DNA from: Bugula neritina
Lineage: Eukaryota > Animalia > Bryozoa
NCBI GenBank assembly: GCA_964035545.1
Contig: OZ037766.1
Location: forward strand, 32,044,773 to 32,108,772
Reading direction: 5' to 3'
Length of the DNA stretch: 64,000 nucleotides
Part shown: piece by piece, positions 15,801 through 30,800 of the stretch
Layout: each line of letters starts with the position of its first letter
Numbering within the stretch: the first letter of the stretch is position 1
Made by a program: the position numbers and the translations under genes
Notes under the pieces: generated by a model
The model's input: the letters and a program-made list of their open reading frames with translations, nothing else
The model's database searches: none
Told to the model about the DNA's origin: nothing

Positions 15801-18800
15801 TTTTGAGTTTTTATGCATCACTTTAGTTTCGCTCACTGCGTTTGGTCATTTATGATCACACGAAGGGGGTAGCAAAATTATTTTGCATTTCAGCAATCAC
15901 AGAATAAAAAATAATATACAATAAACCATAAGTTGTTTACTTCTTTTCGCTTCTTTTAAATCTGTGGAGACCAAAGAGAAAGCAGAAGAGATGTATTAGT
16001 AAAAGTAACTAATAACCAAACTATATATGAATAGACTAAAGGAATGAGAACTACAGCTAAAACTACTAAAGCTATGGGACGTAAATAGCTGGAGCCTATA
16101 CTGTTGACTATAGGGCTAAAATAGCTGAGCAGATAGTGCAAGGTCTATTATGCACTAAACCAGAGGTTAATTACTGCTACTTGAGTGCAAACATTCTAGT
16201 TTATGTCTTAAAGTGCTGGTCTGCAACTTTTTGTTTTGAGCTCAAGTCAGAAAGCATTAGCTGAAGGTCAAGGTAAACATTGCTGAACACTCAGTAAAAA
16301 TAGACTGGCTACAAATATAACTTAAATAAAATTATAAAATAAAAAAGACTGTGGGAAAATGAAATATCAAATATAAGTTCTTAAAAACAAACAAATTTCA
16401 ACACAAAATATTAAAAGCAGATACTAACTTGCAGTTTCTTGCATAACAATAGTAAATATTGATTACATGAGAATTTATCTGTTCATTAACTAATTCAAGC
16501 AAAAACATTAGAGCCGAGCCAAGTGAAAATCTTTCACTCTGGATCTGCTAGCAATAATGAGTCAGTGTTTAAATTAAACTGTATTTTTCAACAGCTTGCA
16601 GGAGTTACCTGTTTTCTATGATGCTGACGTAATGCTCAATCTGATCCTGGTCCTCCGCTGCCGAAGAGTGGTAGAAGAAGACGTGGTAGTGGTCGTCTGA
16701 TTCAAGAGGAGGAGGCTCGTCAAGGATACCTTGATCCTCTGGCACCTGGGACACATTGTCTTCTGAGTCGCTACCTATAGATGAGTTATAGCAGATGTAA
16801 ACTGCAGATGTATGAGTCATAGCAGGTATAACCTGCAGAAGTCCGATCCATAGTTGCAGAAGTTGGTCAGTATCAATCAGTGAGTCAGAAAATAGATTTC
16901 ATGCATGCATGTATTAACTGTGACAGCAGATAATCTTTGCAGCAGTGTTAACTGAAAGTCACAAAATATGTACAAAAACTAAGTTAGTATCTGGCAATGA
17001 CTTGCAAAAAAGATAGACCACAAAAAGTAAGTCAATAGTTAACAATAAGTCATAGAAAGTTTTAGTAAAAAGTCATTTTTTCAATACTTTGTTTTGCTTC
17101 TGAGTATAACCAAGTGGTTGTGGGAAGCAGACATAGAACAAGTGGCTAGTTGAATGAAGTTTTCTCACCACAACCCAGATGGGCTCAAGACTCGCCAGTT
17201 TCACTATAGCTTTATCTAGTTTATACTGACTTCAGCACTACACATCTAGAGCGCATGATTTTACCTACTCTACACACTACAACTTTTATCATGTAAGTAC
17301 ATCTACACACGTGCATGAAAGTTTGGCACGACAATTTCACACTCTGTAGAAGGCAAATGTGCATACTTTACATCTACACATTTTCTAAACATTGTGGATC
17401 TGTTAGTTACCACAAAACAAATCTCTATTCTAGAACACAGCGTACAGCAAACAGTGTTGTCACCATAGCCAGACAACAAAGAGGCAACACACCAACACGT
17501 GTCTATCTTTTGATTTCATTAGAGGCTATAGTTGTTTTCTTACTGCCACGTACAGATTATACTTTCTATGACAAGCCAGAACTTCTTAAAGAGTCGGTTT
17601 AGTTAAATTTTTTCAGTGACAATTCCTTAGAGTGTAATAGGATATTAAGGTATAGGTGGGAGGGGGGGGGGGGTCTTGGTAGTGCAGGTGGTGTTAGTAA
17701 ATGAACAGTTCAAATCTGTTCATGTGTAGATGTAAATTAAATACAACATTTAAATATTAGCTTCTATCTACCACAGTGTAGGGCCGTGTTACTATAATTG
17801 GAATAATACTAAATATATAATAGAAACCTTCACTTTCGCTTTCCTCTGTTTCTTCTGTAAATGAATAATCAATATGATTTTAGATAGGGCATGCACAAAC
17901 TAGAAAGCACAGGCTAATAAACCAGACCAGACATAGAAAACTTGGTTATGCTGCTGTCAATAAGTAAATAATGCAAAAGGGTATTAACATTTCTGTTTTC
18001 TACTTGTAATTGGAGCTAACAATTTACTTGTCTCAGACTGATTGAATAGAATTAGTCCGACTACTAATCCAGTATTATAAAATTAACTTTTGCAGACAAG
18101 CACTCTAATTAATGACAGAATTGCTAATTAGAGAGGTGGAATAAGTAAATACAGGTAAAATGAGTTGAAATCACCTGATTTCTAGGACAGAAAATGTTAA
18201 TACGTTTGCATTACTTCTACCTTCATTACTTTATATTCCATGCTTTAATGAGACAAAGAGAAAACACACTCAAAACGTTGTCCCTACTATGGTAGGAAAA
18301 ATGTCACACATGGTAGGAAAAGTGTCACACGGGATTGATGTCACAGGACGTTATGCTAGTACACAATGACATATATACATATAAATTACACATAGCTGGT
18401 GTTACTGCTTCTTATTGCACTATTGTCACAGCATTGCTGCTGCTACTGCTACTGCTGCTGCTGCACCAACAAAAATTTTGCCATGCTTTGAAAGCTAAAT
18501 TTTTTATTCGCTTCTTGCTAAACGGGTTGTATGTTACTGCAATAACAAATTACAAACTTATACTTTTTACCAAGACACTTATATTGAAATAATGTAGCCT
18601 GTGAGTTGGACAGTATACTTACAACTCTGGCCATCTCCTTCATACCCCCAATCCAACTGAAAATTGTCCCACGGAGTCTGCTCAATTTGGCTCATATTTG
18701 GCATTCATTCGTAATCCTGACTATTTGAAGTATACTCTTAATGTACTACCCTAGTACACCGACTGAGATATAATACTGATAATACTACTTAATTCTGGCT

Positions 18801-21800
18801 ATAAAATACTCATTAGTGCAGTAATAAAGTATCTCAGCAGAAATCAGCTTCTTAGCAAAAGTCTGCTGTGTAAAGCTGCCGGACACATGGAATTCGTGCT
18901 GTTTTGTACCCTTTGAAAGGAACTCATTGACCTACTAATGCAATTCACTGCTTGGAATAATTTACTTGTAATTCCTTTAAATAAATCACACCGATATCAC
19001 TTGCTATTTCAGCTGAATGGGTTATTGCTCCCAACATCAGCAAAAATGAGTAATTATAGTAAATTATTATATAACAAGTTTGGAGGTTTACCTGAATTTG
19101 AAGAACACCAAAGAGAAGCCCCCTCTCCAAATATTCCACCTAATTGACCCGCTGCCGAGTTGTTAAGGTGCTGACCGTAGAACCCACCCTGCTGCTTCCC
19201 CTGACCCCCAGATGCAGCACTTGAAGGTGCAGCTTTAGCTCCCTTTGTGCCTCCCATAGTATGAGTAGCATTAGTGTTCAGCTAAGTGTCTGATGAAATC
19301 ATCTAACTAAGGTTGTGCTAAAGTAGTATGTTGAAGTCTGGAAACTAAAGTCACTGCTCCAGTCACTGCTCAAGTCACTGCTAGGCTCAATGCTAGAGTT
19401 ACATTTGAAGTTGCGTCTAAGGTCATCTACTGAGGTCGTCTAATAACTCAACTGCTAAACCCAACTGCTAAACCCAACTGCTAAAGTCAACTGCTAAACT
19501 GCACAATGCTCTCAATTGCTTGCTACGCACCTTGCTGTTAACCAAACTCTTAGAAATGCATGTTTGTATTGTGCAGTATGTTTATAATACTGCAATATAT
19601 ATACTATCTTCTAACGTAAAAGAATTTACCTGCAGCGTATATCTATACTCTGAATGAGCTACTTAGATATACTAAATGAGTGGAAGTACTAGTACAGCTT
19701 ATAAACAGCAAATGGTGCCACTTTAAAGAATGGTTCTATTAATAGTAACTAAAGAAGTATCAGGAATAGAAACGTGGTATATATTTTGAAATGTTTAGCA
19801 TTTCATTTGAAAATAATTCATAACAAGTATAGGAATACCCATAATAATAATAATAACAAGTTGCTACTAAGTGTTGTTGATTTGTTCACGATTTATTTAG
19901 ATTCTTCAGTTGTCATGAAAAGTTTTCAACTTGTTAAAAAAGGCCACAGAGCAAGATTATATTTGTATTTTAGTGTTTTCTATTATTTAGTGTGCAGATA
20001 TGGAAATCAACTGCCAGATGTAGAAAACGTGTTGCATGCAAATAGCTTCATTAAGTTACAACACAATGTATACAGATGCTTGTGGATATCTGAACAGGCA
20101 TCTATCATTGTGTGTATGATTATAATAAATAAGAATGGTGAGGGAGCCTCTACCCTTATCGCTCTACCCTGCATTACCCCTTTCTCCTACCCATACCCCT
20201 ATACATCTCCCCTCCTACACTATTACACCCCTCTCTCTGGCAGCAATAAAGGCAGCCATACACTAGATTAGGCAGAACTGCACTAACTGACTGAAGTGTA
20301 AATAATTAGAGCACTAATTCACTTGTATTCTCATCTCCTCAAGTTGCATCAAACATGGCTGATGCAAAGAATGGACGGCCAAACATTTGTGATATTTTAG
20401 CAAATAAAACACATGAAATATATTTTTTTTCAGAAAATTAAAGTATAACATAGAATTATAGCAACTAAATAAATTGCCAGAGCTCTACACTTGTATATAA
20501 AGGCTCGCCCTTGCCTCTTTTATAAGTAAGTATTATGTAAGTACGTAAGTAAGTGTGTAATAGTCACTATATAAGTATTTTAAGCATTATAAATACTTTC
20601 CACATCATAAACTGTATTATTGCAAATTACAAACTTTTTTATTAAAATTAACTTTGCCGAAACGTTGATAGAATAGAAATTTAACCACTGTGTACACACT
20701 ATTTAGCCTGTATACCAGAGATAAGGTTTACTCACTGTAATATGCCCCCATCTTTATTTTCACTGTAGTGGTACTAAGTCCATGGTTAGAATACTGTAGC
20801 TACAACAGTGCTCTTGTAAAGCCTTCCTTAGGCAGAATAACTCTTCGAAATACAAACTGCATGTTTTTGAAATTTAGGCCAGTTATTACACAGCTTCTGG
20901 AGTTTATGTAAATCCTGGCTAAACCTACACACCTGTAGAGTATAACTAGGAGTTTACCTGTAGAGTATAACCAGGAGTTTACCTGTAGACACTGAGTTTT
21001 ATAATATAGTTTATCTATAACCAGTAAGTACCCTTTACATCAATAGAAACATGTATAAACACTTGATCTAGTGATCGTGTAGAGTACAATAATATGTTAA
21101 TATTATTCATGTAATTTTATATACATTCTGATTATGAAGGGCACTGTTACGGATATTTTAAGTAGTCTTATGTGCTTGACTGTAGCAGCTTATCGACTTT
21201 TTAGTTGGGAAAGACAAAATGCCAGTAATTACTGTAACCAATAACTGCTTATTGTAACAGATGTATTATGCTTACTGTAAAAAATATATGCTTACTGTAA
21301 CAGATATATGCTTACTGTAACAGATATCTGCTTATTGTAACAAATATACGCTTACTGCAACTTACGTGTATATGCAAACTAGTCAGTAGATGGAGAAAAA
21401 GTTGATGTAAGACTTGACTAAGTACCTGTCTATTTTCACTTATAAATACTGAATTATAGTTTAATCTCTTAATTGACTATTGGGACAAAGTTTATTAATA
21501 TTTTAATATGACAAAATAAACTAGCAGCGGCAGCAGCAGTAGTGAAGGCAGCGGCAGCAACAGGCTACAGCTAGACATTATGGTAACACAATGTAACAGA
21601 TTAAAGCAAACAAAGATGTTGTTAAAAAAGGAAACGGCAACATTAATTAGGCTAGACCTTCAGAGATATAAGTTAGACCTGGGGGATATATAAGTAAGAC
21701 CTGGGGGATATATAAGTAAGACCTGGGGGATATATAAGTAAGTCCTGGGGAGATACATGTATAAGAAAGAGCAAAAGAGCACAATGACACCCAAAGGCAT

Positions 21801-24800
21801 TTATAGCTCAGCATAATGCATATTAGAGCATGAATTTTATTACATAAATAGCAAGGTAGGTTTAGAGGAAATAATACAGATTGTTAAGGAAACTTTAGCT
21901 GAACTGAAGAAAAGCGATGATACCTGCACCGTGAGCTGCAAAACAGTTCAATAACTCCATGTGTTACCCGAAACTAGCCAACTTATAATGTAAATATGCA
22001 GTATAGGCCAACAATTATCTGTATTTATCGACTTAACTATTTTTCCACAAAAGTAAGTTGCTAATTTTGGTTATATTCATTTATTTTTATAGCACAAAAA
22101 ATTCAAATAATCCCTAACTTTAAGTAATTGTTTGTGTGTGAATAATTTTGATATAGTAACTTCATTTAGCAACTAAATTCATACAGACCTTCCTCAAAAT
22201 CTTCATCGTCATAGAATTCATCTTCTATGAAAGGATTTTCCTCCATATCCTCGTCAAACTCATACATGTCAGCTCCCAGAGCACCTGCAACCACATGACA
22301 AGTTAGAGAAACATGCCATATAGTGACGCATTGCAGTGTGAAATTAGGAGTTGTGCACCTTTATGTATTTGATACAGTTTTCACTCATAAAATGTCCATA
22401 CAACTAGAAGTATGGAGTTGTGTTCTATCTATTAGTGATGGAAATTTTAGTTTTGCGTGCATTGAGGTAGGGTTGGATAGGCAGTGTCATTAGAAACACA
22501 CAGAGTTTACAGAAAAAGAGGAAACTATAAAACTGTTAGAAAATCTCAAATAATTCAGCTGTGAAACTTGAATTTAAACAAGATTCTTTTAAATATCTCA
22601 TTTCAAACATAAGAATCACAGCAAATTATAATACTATAAAAAATAAATATCTTAAAAATTGAGTTTCAACATCATAGAGCAATATAAATCTTTTTTAAAT
22701 GGTGTTTATAAGTAATTATTAATTGATTTATTTATTTATTGATCGTTGGGCAAAATAAATTAAAATTTGCCTTCATCTTTTATGAATTAGTGTTTAGCTA
22801 CGATTTGATTTTATGTGGCATGAATGTGCAGTGAATAAGGTGATGGGTTTGCAGGGCAGTAAGACTGCCCTTTCTACTGACTGAAAGATTTAGGGCTACT
22901 GTATGATGAATTATTGTTGCAGAATGTGCAAGTATCGAGTAAATTTGGGTTGGAAAATTAAATGAGACTCAAAATGATAAAAGTAGTACTTCATACCAAA
23001 TGGATCTGCAATAAATACGACAGATTCTGCGTTAGACAAAGATAAGACAAAAGCACATACAAAGCTGAAACATGATAATATTATGCAAATGACTCATTTC
23101 TTTACTAAACTTACATTAAATATTATATTTCATAAAATATTTAAGAAGGTTATGTGGGATAAAGCTACACATTTTGTTTGACAAGTCCATAATGCATGAT
23201 ATAAAAGAAAATACAAATATGTATACTCCTTTGGATTATTTTTTCTCGCTGATATACAATATTGACATATATCTATGCCAGCCAACAGTATTAAGCCTAC
23301 ATGTACCAATTTGATGTGTGTTACAAAATTGAGCATACCACTTTCATCTAAAATAAACAAAACACTGCAACATCTAGTACCTGTGAAAGTGAAACTATTA
23401 GTCTGCAACATCTAGTACCTGTGAAAGTGAAACTATTAGAGCTTTTGAAGAACTGAAGCTATCATATTGAGAACTTAGCTTAAGGTAACTTAAGTCTAGT
23501 GAACATGAATTATGTATGTTGTCTGAAAAAATAAGAGCTTTTTAGACAAAATTAACATAATAATATATTAACAATTGCTATACATAACTTAACTAAACAT
23601 AAACCTACCAAAGAAATATTCACTTTTACTTTTTGTATAGTAATGAAGCAATTAAATTGATGGAATAATCTAGAAAATAAAATGTTCACAGTACAACCCC
23701 AAATATTTGCTTATACACAAATGCTCTCTCAAACCACTTTCTACAGTTTTGTTTAGTAAGCTGGAAGGAACCCTTACAAATAGCATCACTATTCTATGAC
23801 AAAGTGCAATATAGAGTGCACACGCATGCCTTGGTATCTTCAAAGGATTTGTCTAGTCTAGCACTTTTGACCAATTTGTAACTTCATTCACAAAAACGAT
23901 TCAGAGAAAAATTGAAATTTACAAACAGGTTCAATGCTAAAAGCTTCTCAACAGTTTAAAAGCTACTGTCTTTATTAGAAATATTTTAGACTTGTGATAA
24001 TTTAATTTGTAAATTTACAAGTATCCCCATATTAAGCAAAATACTTAAATTCAATTATAAATAGGAGAGAATAGTGAGGCATGCACGGGCATTGAACTAG
24101 CACCAGAAGAGGCAGTCACTATATCGCAATACAGTAGATAACAAGCTTATCATTGCAAAGAAGTGAAAATAGAAGCACAATAATGCGATATAACAAATGA
24201 ACTGCAGCTGAAAACTTGCTTCAGGTAGATTTTGCAAATGCTAAATCAAAAGTTGGCAATTGCGAAAATCAAATCAAATTTTGTCGCAGAAATTGAAGCC
24301 ATCATAATCAACCTTACCAAAGTTCCTCTCGTCTTCCATGTAACAGGTAAACGGGTCAAAGTAGTCCCCATCTGATTTAGTTAAAGAGTATAAGAAATAT
24401 GTTACAATACAGGGGAAGGAGATCACTACACCACTGGGGGGGGGGGGGAGGGGGGACACCAGTAAAAGGGAGGATAACTCAAAAACAATAGTCAAGTTAA
24501 AGGCGGTAAGCTTCCAGGTTATTTATTACATTTGAGCAAAAGTTTGCATGCTTTTCAACTGTTTTATCAGCATTTTATCCAATTTCTTATACGAAAACAC
24601 TACAAAAATGTAAGTAAAAGTGGTCATATTAGGTGTCTTGGACTTGCCCAGACTTGCCCGCGAGCGTGCCCTCCGTGTCCTATTCTGACGTGGGGATGGC
24701 AAAATAGCCCTATTGTAGCGTGAGTTTATATCGCGTAAAGTTATTAAGAAGCGGGTTTGTCACAGATTCTCGTTAATCGTAGTTCAAATCACATGAATGT

Positions 24801-27800
24801 TACTCTTCGGGCGGCTACTAATAACTAACGTTAGCTACACAACATCAAGAAAGGTAACTAATTTGACTGTTTTCAAATGGACTATTCCATTTCGCTAGTT
24901 TGTAACTTGCTGTAAATCACAAAATAATTATTTTCCCTATTTTAATTTCAATTATCATGTCGACCACACTACCAGAAAATTACTCTTAAATATGCAGTAA
25001 ATGATGATTTTCAACCGTTTTGTGATGAATTATAGGTTAGTAGTTGTCTACGTAAAACCAAGTTTTAAAATTTGTAACTAAATCAGTGAAACTGAATCAC
25101 AGTATCAGTATGAGTATGACTATGAGTATGAGTATCACTAGTCTATGTCTATGACTCTCACTCTAAGTCTATGACTATCGCCTATTGGTGAACTATTATT
25201 AATAATATTCAATGGTTATATTTATTAATACTATTATCAGTCATAATGATAATCATATGACAGTATGAGTATGAGTATGTTAATGTTACGGAGCAGAATC
25301 AGTTTCGAAACTAATACTTATAATATTAGTTATAACTATAAGTATAAGTTATACCAATAGCTATATTTATATTAATATAAATATTTATATTCATAGTAAT
25401 ACTAATAACAAATGTAAAATTATTATGTTAATAGTTATACTTGTAAGTTATAATATAAAACAAACGACACAAGTATTAATTTGAACTGCTGGTCTTAAAA
25501 TAAAAAGTAATATAAATAATAATATAAATAATAGAATATAAATTATAATAATTTAATTATACTAATACTAATAGCAATACTTATACAGTAATATAATTAT
25601 AATAAATTTATAAAACTTAAACAACTTTAAATTTAAGGAACAACTTTAAATACAAACAAAGATAATATTAAATAATTATAATCATAATGATCATAACAAT
25701 AAATATAATTATGATTCCAATAATTATCAATATATTATATAATATTTAAATTATTTTAATTTATAATTATAATCATAAATTTTAGTTATAGTGAATAAAT
25801 TCAATTTGACATAACTATAATATTATAAAGCAGTCAGCCTATCTCTAATGCTGATTGAAATTCAGATTGTTATGACTGTATCATTATTCACTAACTCTAA
25901 GAGTAAGTGGCTACAATTATTAGTATCAATGTTGTGTTAGAGTACTATACCCATTGGAATTTTGATATATCCATTATATTTACAACTCTGCCTGTTACAG
26001 CTATTAATAAATTGAACCAAAATACCAACAGTGCCTAATCATCGCCTTATTTATAAAATAATCACAATCATAATGCTCAAGTTAATAGATTGGAAATTAT
26101 TGAAAATTATGTTGATGCCAATATAAATATGACATTGTATGCATCCAAGTAGTGATGTTGTAATATATCTTGGAAGATAATTACATTATAATAAGAGTTA
26201 AATTCCTCTAAGTAACTTTTTTGCAATTATTCCTTAGAATAACTATAACTTATACTCTTGACATTTAATAGCGCATTAGTTTTAGATTGAGCTACTAATT
26301 GTATTTATTGCATGTGAAAGTTAGTTATTCTCCGCCAGCTGCATGAATGTGACTGGTAAATTTTGTAACCTTTGGCAGTAATAACTTTGTAGCATAAATT
26401 AGACACATTTTTATGAAAATACATAATTTTAATGCTATAGCTGCTAGTAATTCTAATGGGTGTAATAATATTACTTTCACCAGCATTAATTTTTACTTTG
26501 TTCATGCTTCATAAAGCATTTTCTAAATTCTTTTTTTAATAAATATACATATAATGTGCTGAATAGATTACATATGTTGGGGTTCTTCCTATACTGCAGC
26601 TCAGCCTACACTCCCCGCCACAAATGTTCCTAAACTACTAGCTTCATCAGGATACAGATTGATGGAGCTGTATTGATAAAAACTTCTCTTTTTAGCAGTA
26701 GAGGCATCATGAAAAAAAAGGCAAGTATTTTACTCAATAAGAATTCGGTTTTTTACTTCTACAAATTTGATAGCCTACACGATTCTATTTAAATGGAAAC
26801 TGGTCTGACATAATGTGTCTGCAATTTATTAGTTATAATATAGTAAATACTATGCAGGCCTATAGATCAAATGGCTCAAAAAAAATTAAATAAAACATTA
26901 CACAATGCTGTATTTATTAGCAATGTAATACTTAGCAACTAATTTCACATTATTATTGTTTGCAAAGTTTCATACATCTACATAATTATGTTTGTTCAAT
27001 TCAGTGTTCTGAAGTAGAAGGTTCCAACAGCAGGGAAAAGCCTTGAACAAGATATTATGTTCTATTTCTCCAACTCATTTTAACTTTGCTGGTCAGTTCA
27101 TTGTGTATCTGGAGCATAGTTTTGTATTTTCAAGTAGTCCATCAGATACCTTTGTAGATAGTAAAGATTAAAATGCTTGTGCAATGATGTCCATAATGTT
27201 GAACCGATTTATTGAAACTAAAACTGTTCTTAATTATAACAAAACTTGACAATCTTTACATAGAGAATAATGTCCTATAATCTATCTTCATTGTAAACAA
27301 AATTAGAAAGTTCCACACCAGCAAATTGTTTATCATCATCTGTAGGTGGAAGACGCGTGCACTCAGTTATAAAGGCAAGCTGACAGTGGTTTTCTTTGCC
27401 TTCTATGAAGATTTGGAAAGAGCCAGAAAATTAATACTCTATAACTGCAAAACCATGTTGTAGTGTTTTGTGTTATTGATTGAATCATCTAAAAGAAAAA
27501 TTGTTGTATCATTATAATTTTACTGTTAATGAATTAGCAAATCTACTTATCTTGGTAAATATATTCAAGAACAAATACTATAGTGTAACTCAGTTTTGGT
27601 TATGTGTATGCTCCTTAAGCGAATTTACAGCAGATATCAAACTATATATTAGAGACTGATAAAGGAATTAAATTTAAGCTAACCATGATGATGTAAATAG
27701 CTGTTGTATGTGACTTCGAGAACTCTGCTGGCCATGTCAGTTCAAATACACCAGGGTGATCTGTTACGAATTTCATGTCATTATTGAAATTCAGCTTTTT

Positions 27801-30800
27801 CAAGTGCCTCTTCACAACTCTGGCAGCATTCTGACTGCTCCTTAGCTTTCTGCGCCTGAAATTTCTTCTACTTGCACCATTCTTCTATTGGTGGAATGTT
27901 AGCCTATAACAAACAGGTGTACCAAAGCTAAAAAAATATCTAATTCACTGCACTAGGATATTATTCAACTCATTTAAATTTAATATATAGCAGTAAAACA
28001 ATCACATAATTGTTTTTATTTTATCAGCTTTACTTTACAAAGCTGAACCATATAATTTAGTAACTTGTCACCATAATAAACTTTGTACAACATACAAATT
28101 GAAAACCTGATGTGATTGCTTTTTTAATAGAATATACATCAAAAACATGTTACTTTGATAAACGTGTTTATAATAAAAGTATTAAACCAGTTTGAAAAAA
28201 TTATTTTGTTATATAAGGGATCACAAAACTACATCATTTTAGACCTGTAGCTCAATGTTCCTCAAGCAACGGGCTGCTATGACTAATTAATTTTCTATCA
28301 TTGCATTTGATTGTTCTACTCATAGTGTATTGGCGAGTTAAAATTATTGGTAATTTAATGTATATTTTAGCTACCTCTGTACAATCAATGTCATAGTAAT
28401 ATCAATTAGGTTTTAAATTTCACTGAGTTTATAGTAAATTACTGCAACCGTTACATAACATTTGGCTAGTTCTCTAGTTCATTAAATAACCATACGAACT
28501 TAAATTTACAACATGACAAAACACACAAAGCAAAATTAAAATAAGCATATTATGAACCAATGTAAATGATAAGCGATAATGCTGTTATATAACATAAATT
28601 ATCAAATTGAAATAGTTATTATTACTATTAGTATTACTATCATTATAACAACTATAACTATTATTAGTATTACTATTACTATTAGCAAATTAGTAGTAAA
28701 AAATGAGTAGAGTTCAACATATACAATCTAGCTTACTATAAAAGTAGAAACAGAACTTTTAAAACTATCATCTGCATCATTATCAGAACTATGAGTAATA
28801 CTAGTAGTTGTACTAATAGTAATACTAATTATTAATACTAATAGTATCACTATGAGTATGAGACTTGGGCTGGCAGTGATTATCACTATCAGTATCAGCA
28901 TCGTCATAGTCAAAAGTTACAAGAATTAGAAGCCATATTCATATTCATAGTAATAGTCAATCACTGATTGAGTTAATGTCATAGTGATACTCATACTCAT
29001 AATTAATTTATACGATACTCATAGTCATACTCATAGTGATAGTGATACTTTACCGTGAATTTAATAATAATTTTAATTTAATATTATTATTATCATTGTT
29101 GCTAATATTATGTCTTACTCTTAGTCTAACAGCAGCTCTATGAAGAAGTTAAACATAACTGATAACAAAACAAATTTAAAAAATAATACTGCAACAATCA
29201 ATATAATGTATATCAATATGCTAGCAACCTAATTTTCAGCTCACTTCATTAACTTTCCGTGCAGTATTGTGAATGGTGATGAAATAAATTCATTAATGGT
29301 GACCTTGACATCTTCGTCCAAATGCCTTTCACGTCAAGCCCCGAACCAATTTGTAAAAATTTTGGATTTTTTACTTTTGATTATTTTTTACGAAAAGAGC
29401 TTCAAAATAAATTTAAAAAAAGTGAGCTGTTGTCCACATGAAAAGAAATATATGAGCTAATTTTCTAAATTCAGGAAGTTACCAGAGGGTCACAATATTT
29501 TTTTTAAAAAATCTTTATTTTTACGACAAGCTCTATATATTAATATAGAAAAAAAGAAGACAACTCTTTTTTCAGATTTTTTATGTGCCACGGTCACGTC
29601 AATATCAGTGCTATTAACACATATATTTTAATTCATTTTTTCTGGTATATTGAGTTGAGATTTTTTGTATATATTTTGTGAATGCAACTAAAAAAGTATG
29701 ATCTTTTAATTAACAGTAATTGATTTTATCAAAATAACCTGGATGCTTACGATGTTTAATAAACAGTAAAACACGAGTTATAATCACAAGCAGTTAATAT
29801 AACTTATAGTGCATGGGGAGACAAAAGTAGAAATTGTGAAGTGCGTAGCCATCCTATATTAGTAGTATTAGTCATCAAGTGAAACAAGGTATCACAACTC
29901 TCAATAAATGTATCACACAAGAGGTTACAAAATATTATTTTCAAATATACAATGAATAATCAAGAGATGCTAAGTTTATAAAATAAACTAAATGATGCAT
30001 CACTAATTGGCTAATTTAAATAAAAAAAATTCAAGAAGTTTAAAATGAAAACTGATGGAATCGCATGATTGGTCATTTCGAAATCTGCTGTTTCAATGGC
30101 AGCATTTGCAAATGGTAATTTCGAATAATTTCACTCAAACCATTTCTCAATATAAAACAATTGATGCAATTATAATGTAATTTCGAAAAGATTTAATTGT
30201 TGGCATCTGATTGAAACACTTGACATAGTTGAATGGTTGTTAAAGTCTGTAGTAGTTTGATTGTCAAGTAGCTATCAATTGGCACTATCAGACGTGCATG
30301 TGACATAGGTTGTTACTCAAACACTACAATACATGTACTCATATATTATAGTCACATAAAGAAACTGTATGTAGTTGAATCATTTAAGTAAAACCAAAAC
30401 GAGGTGTAGCATCAGGATATATGCTTACATTTAAGTAGCAGTCAGCATGCCTTACTTTAAAAATATATTCACCTGGCTACTTTCCTTTATATTAAAACTG
30501 ACTAAGATGTAAAATTGGTTGACATTTGTGAGTGGTAAACCAACTAGTTGGGAAAAAACTTTTTTTAACTAAAATGAGCATATGTAATTGGTTTCTAAAA
30601 TAATTTGTCTAGAAGAGAACCAAGAAGAAAGACTTGTTGAGTGAGAAGATTGCAGTAGAGCAAAGATTAGTAGCAGGGCATAAAAATGGCAGAGATGTTG
30701 AGTGTGTCGCACAAGGAAGGGATAGCTAATTCTAACTCTAAACTGTTAGTAAAACTGAAGCTAAATCTGCTATTAAAGAAAGTCACTAGAACTAGAAATA

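Noticed and set aside
19774-20271. 165-aa plus-strand ORF
   Set aside because: GTG start, AT-rich low-complexity composition, no recognisable motif or splice context; antisense within an intron.
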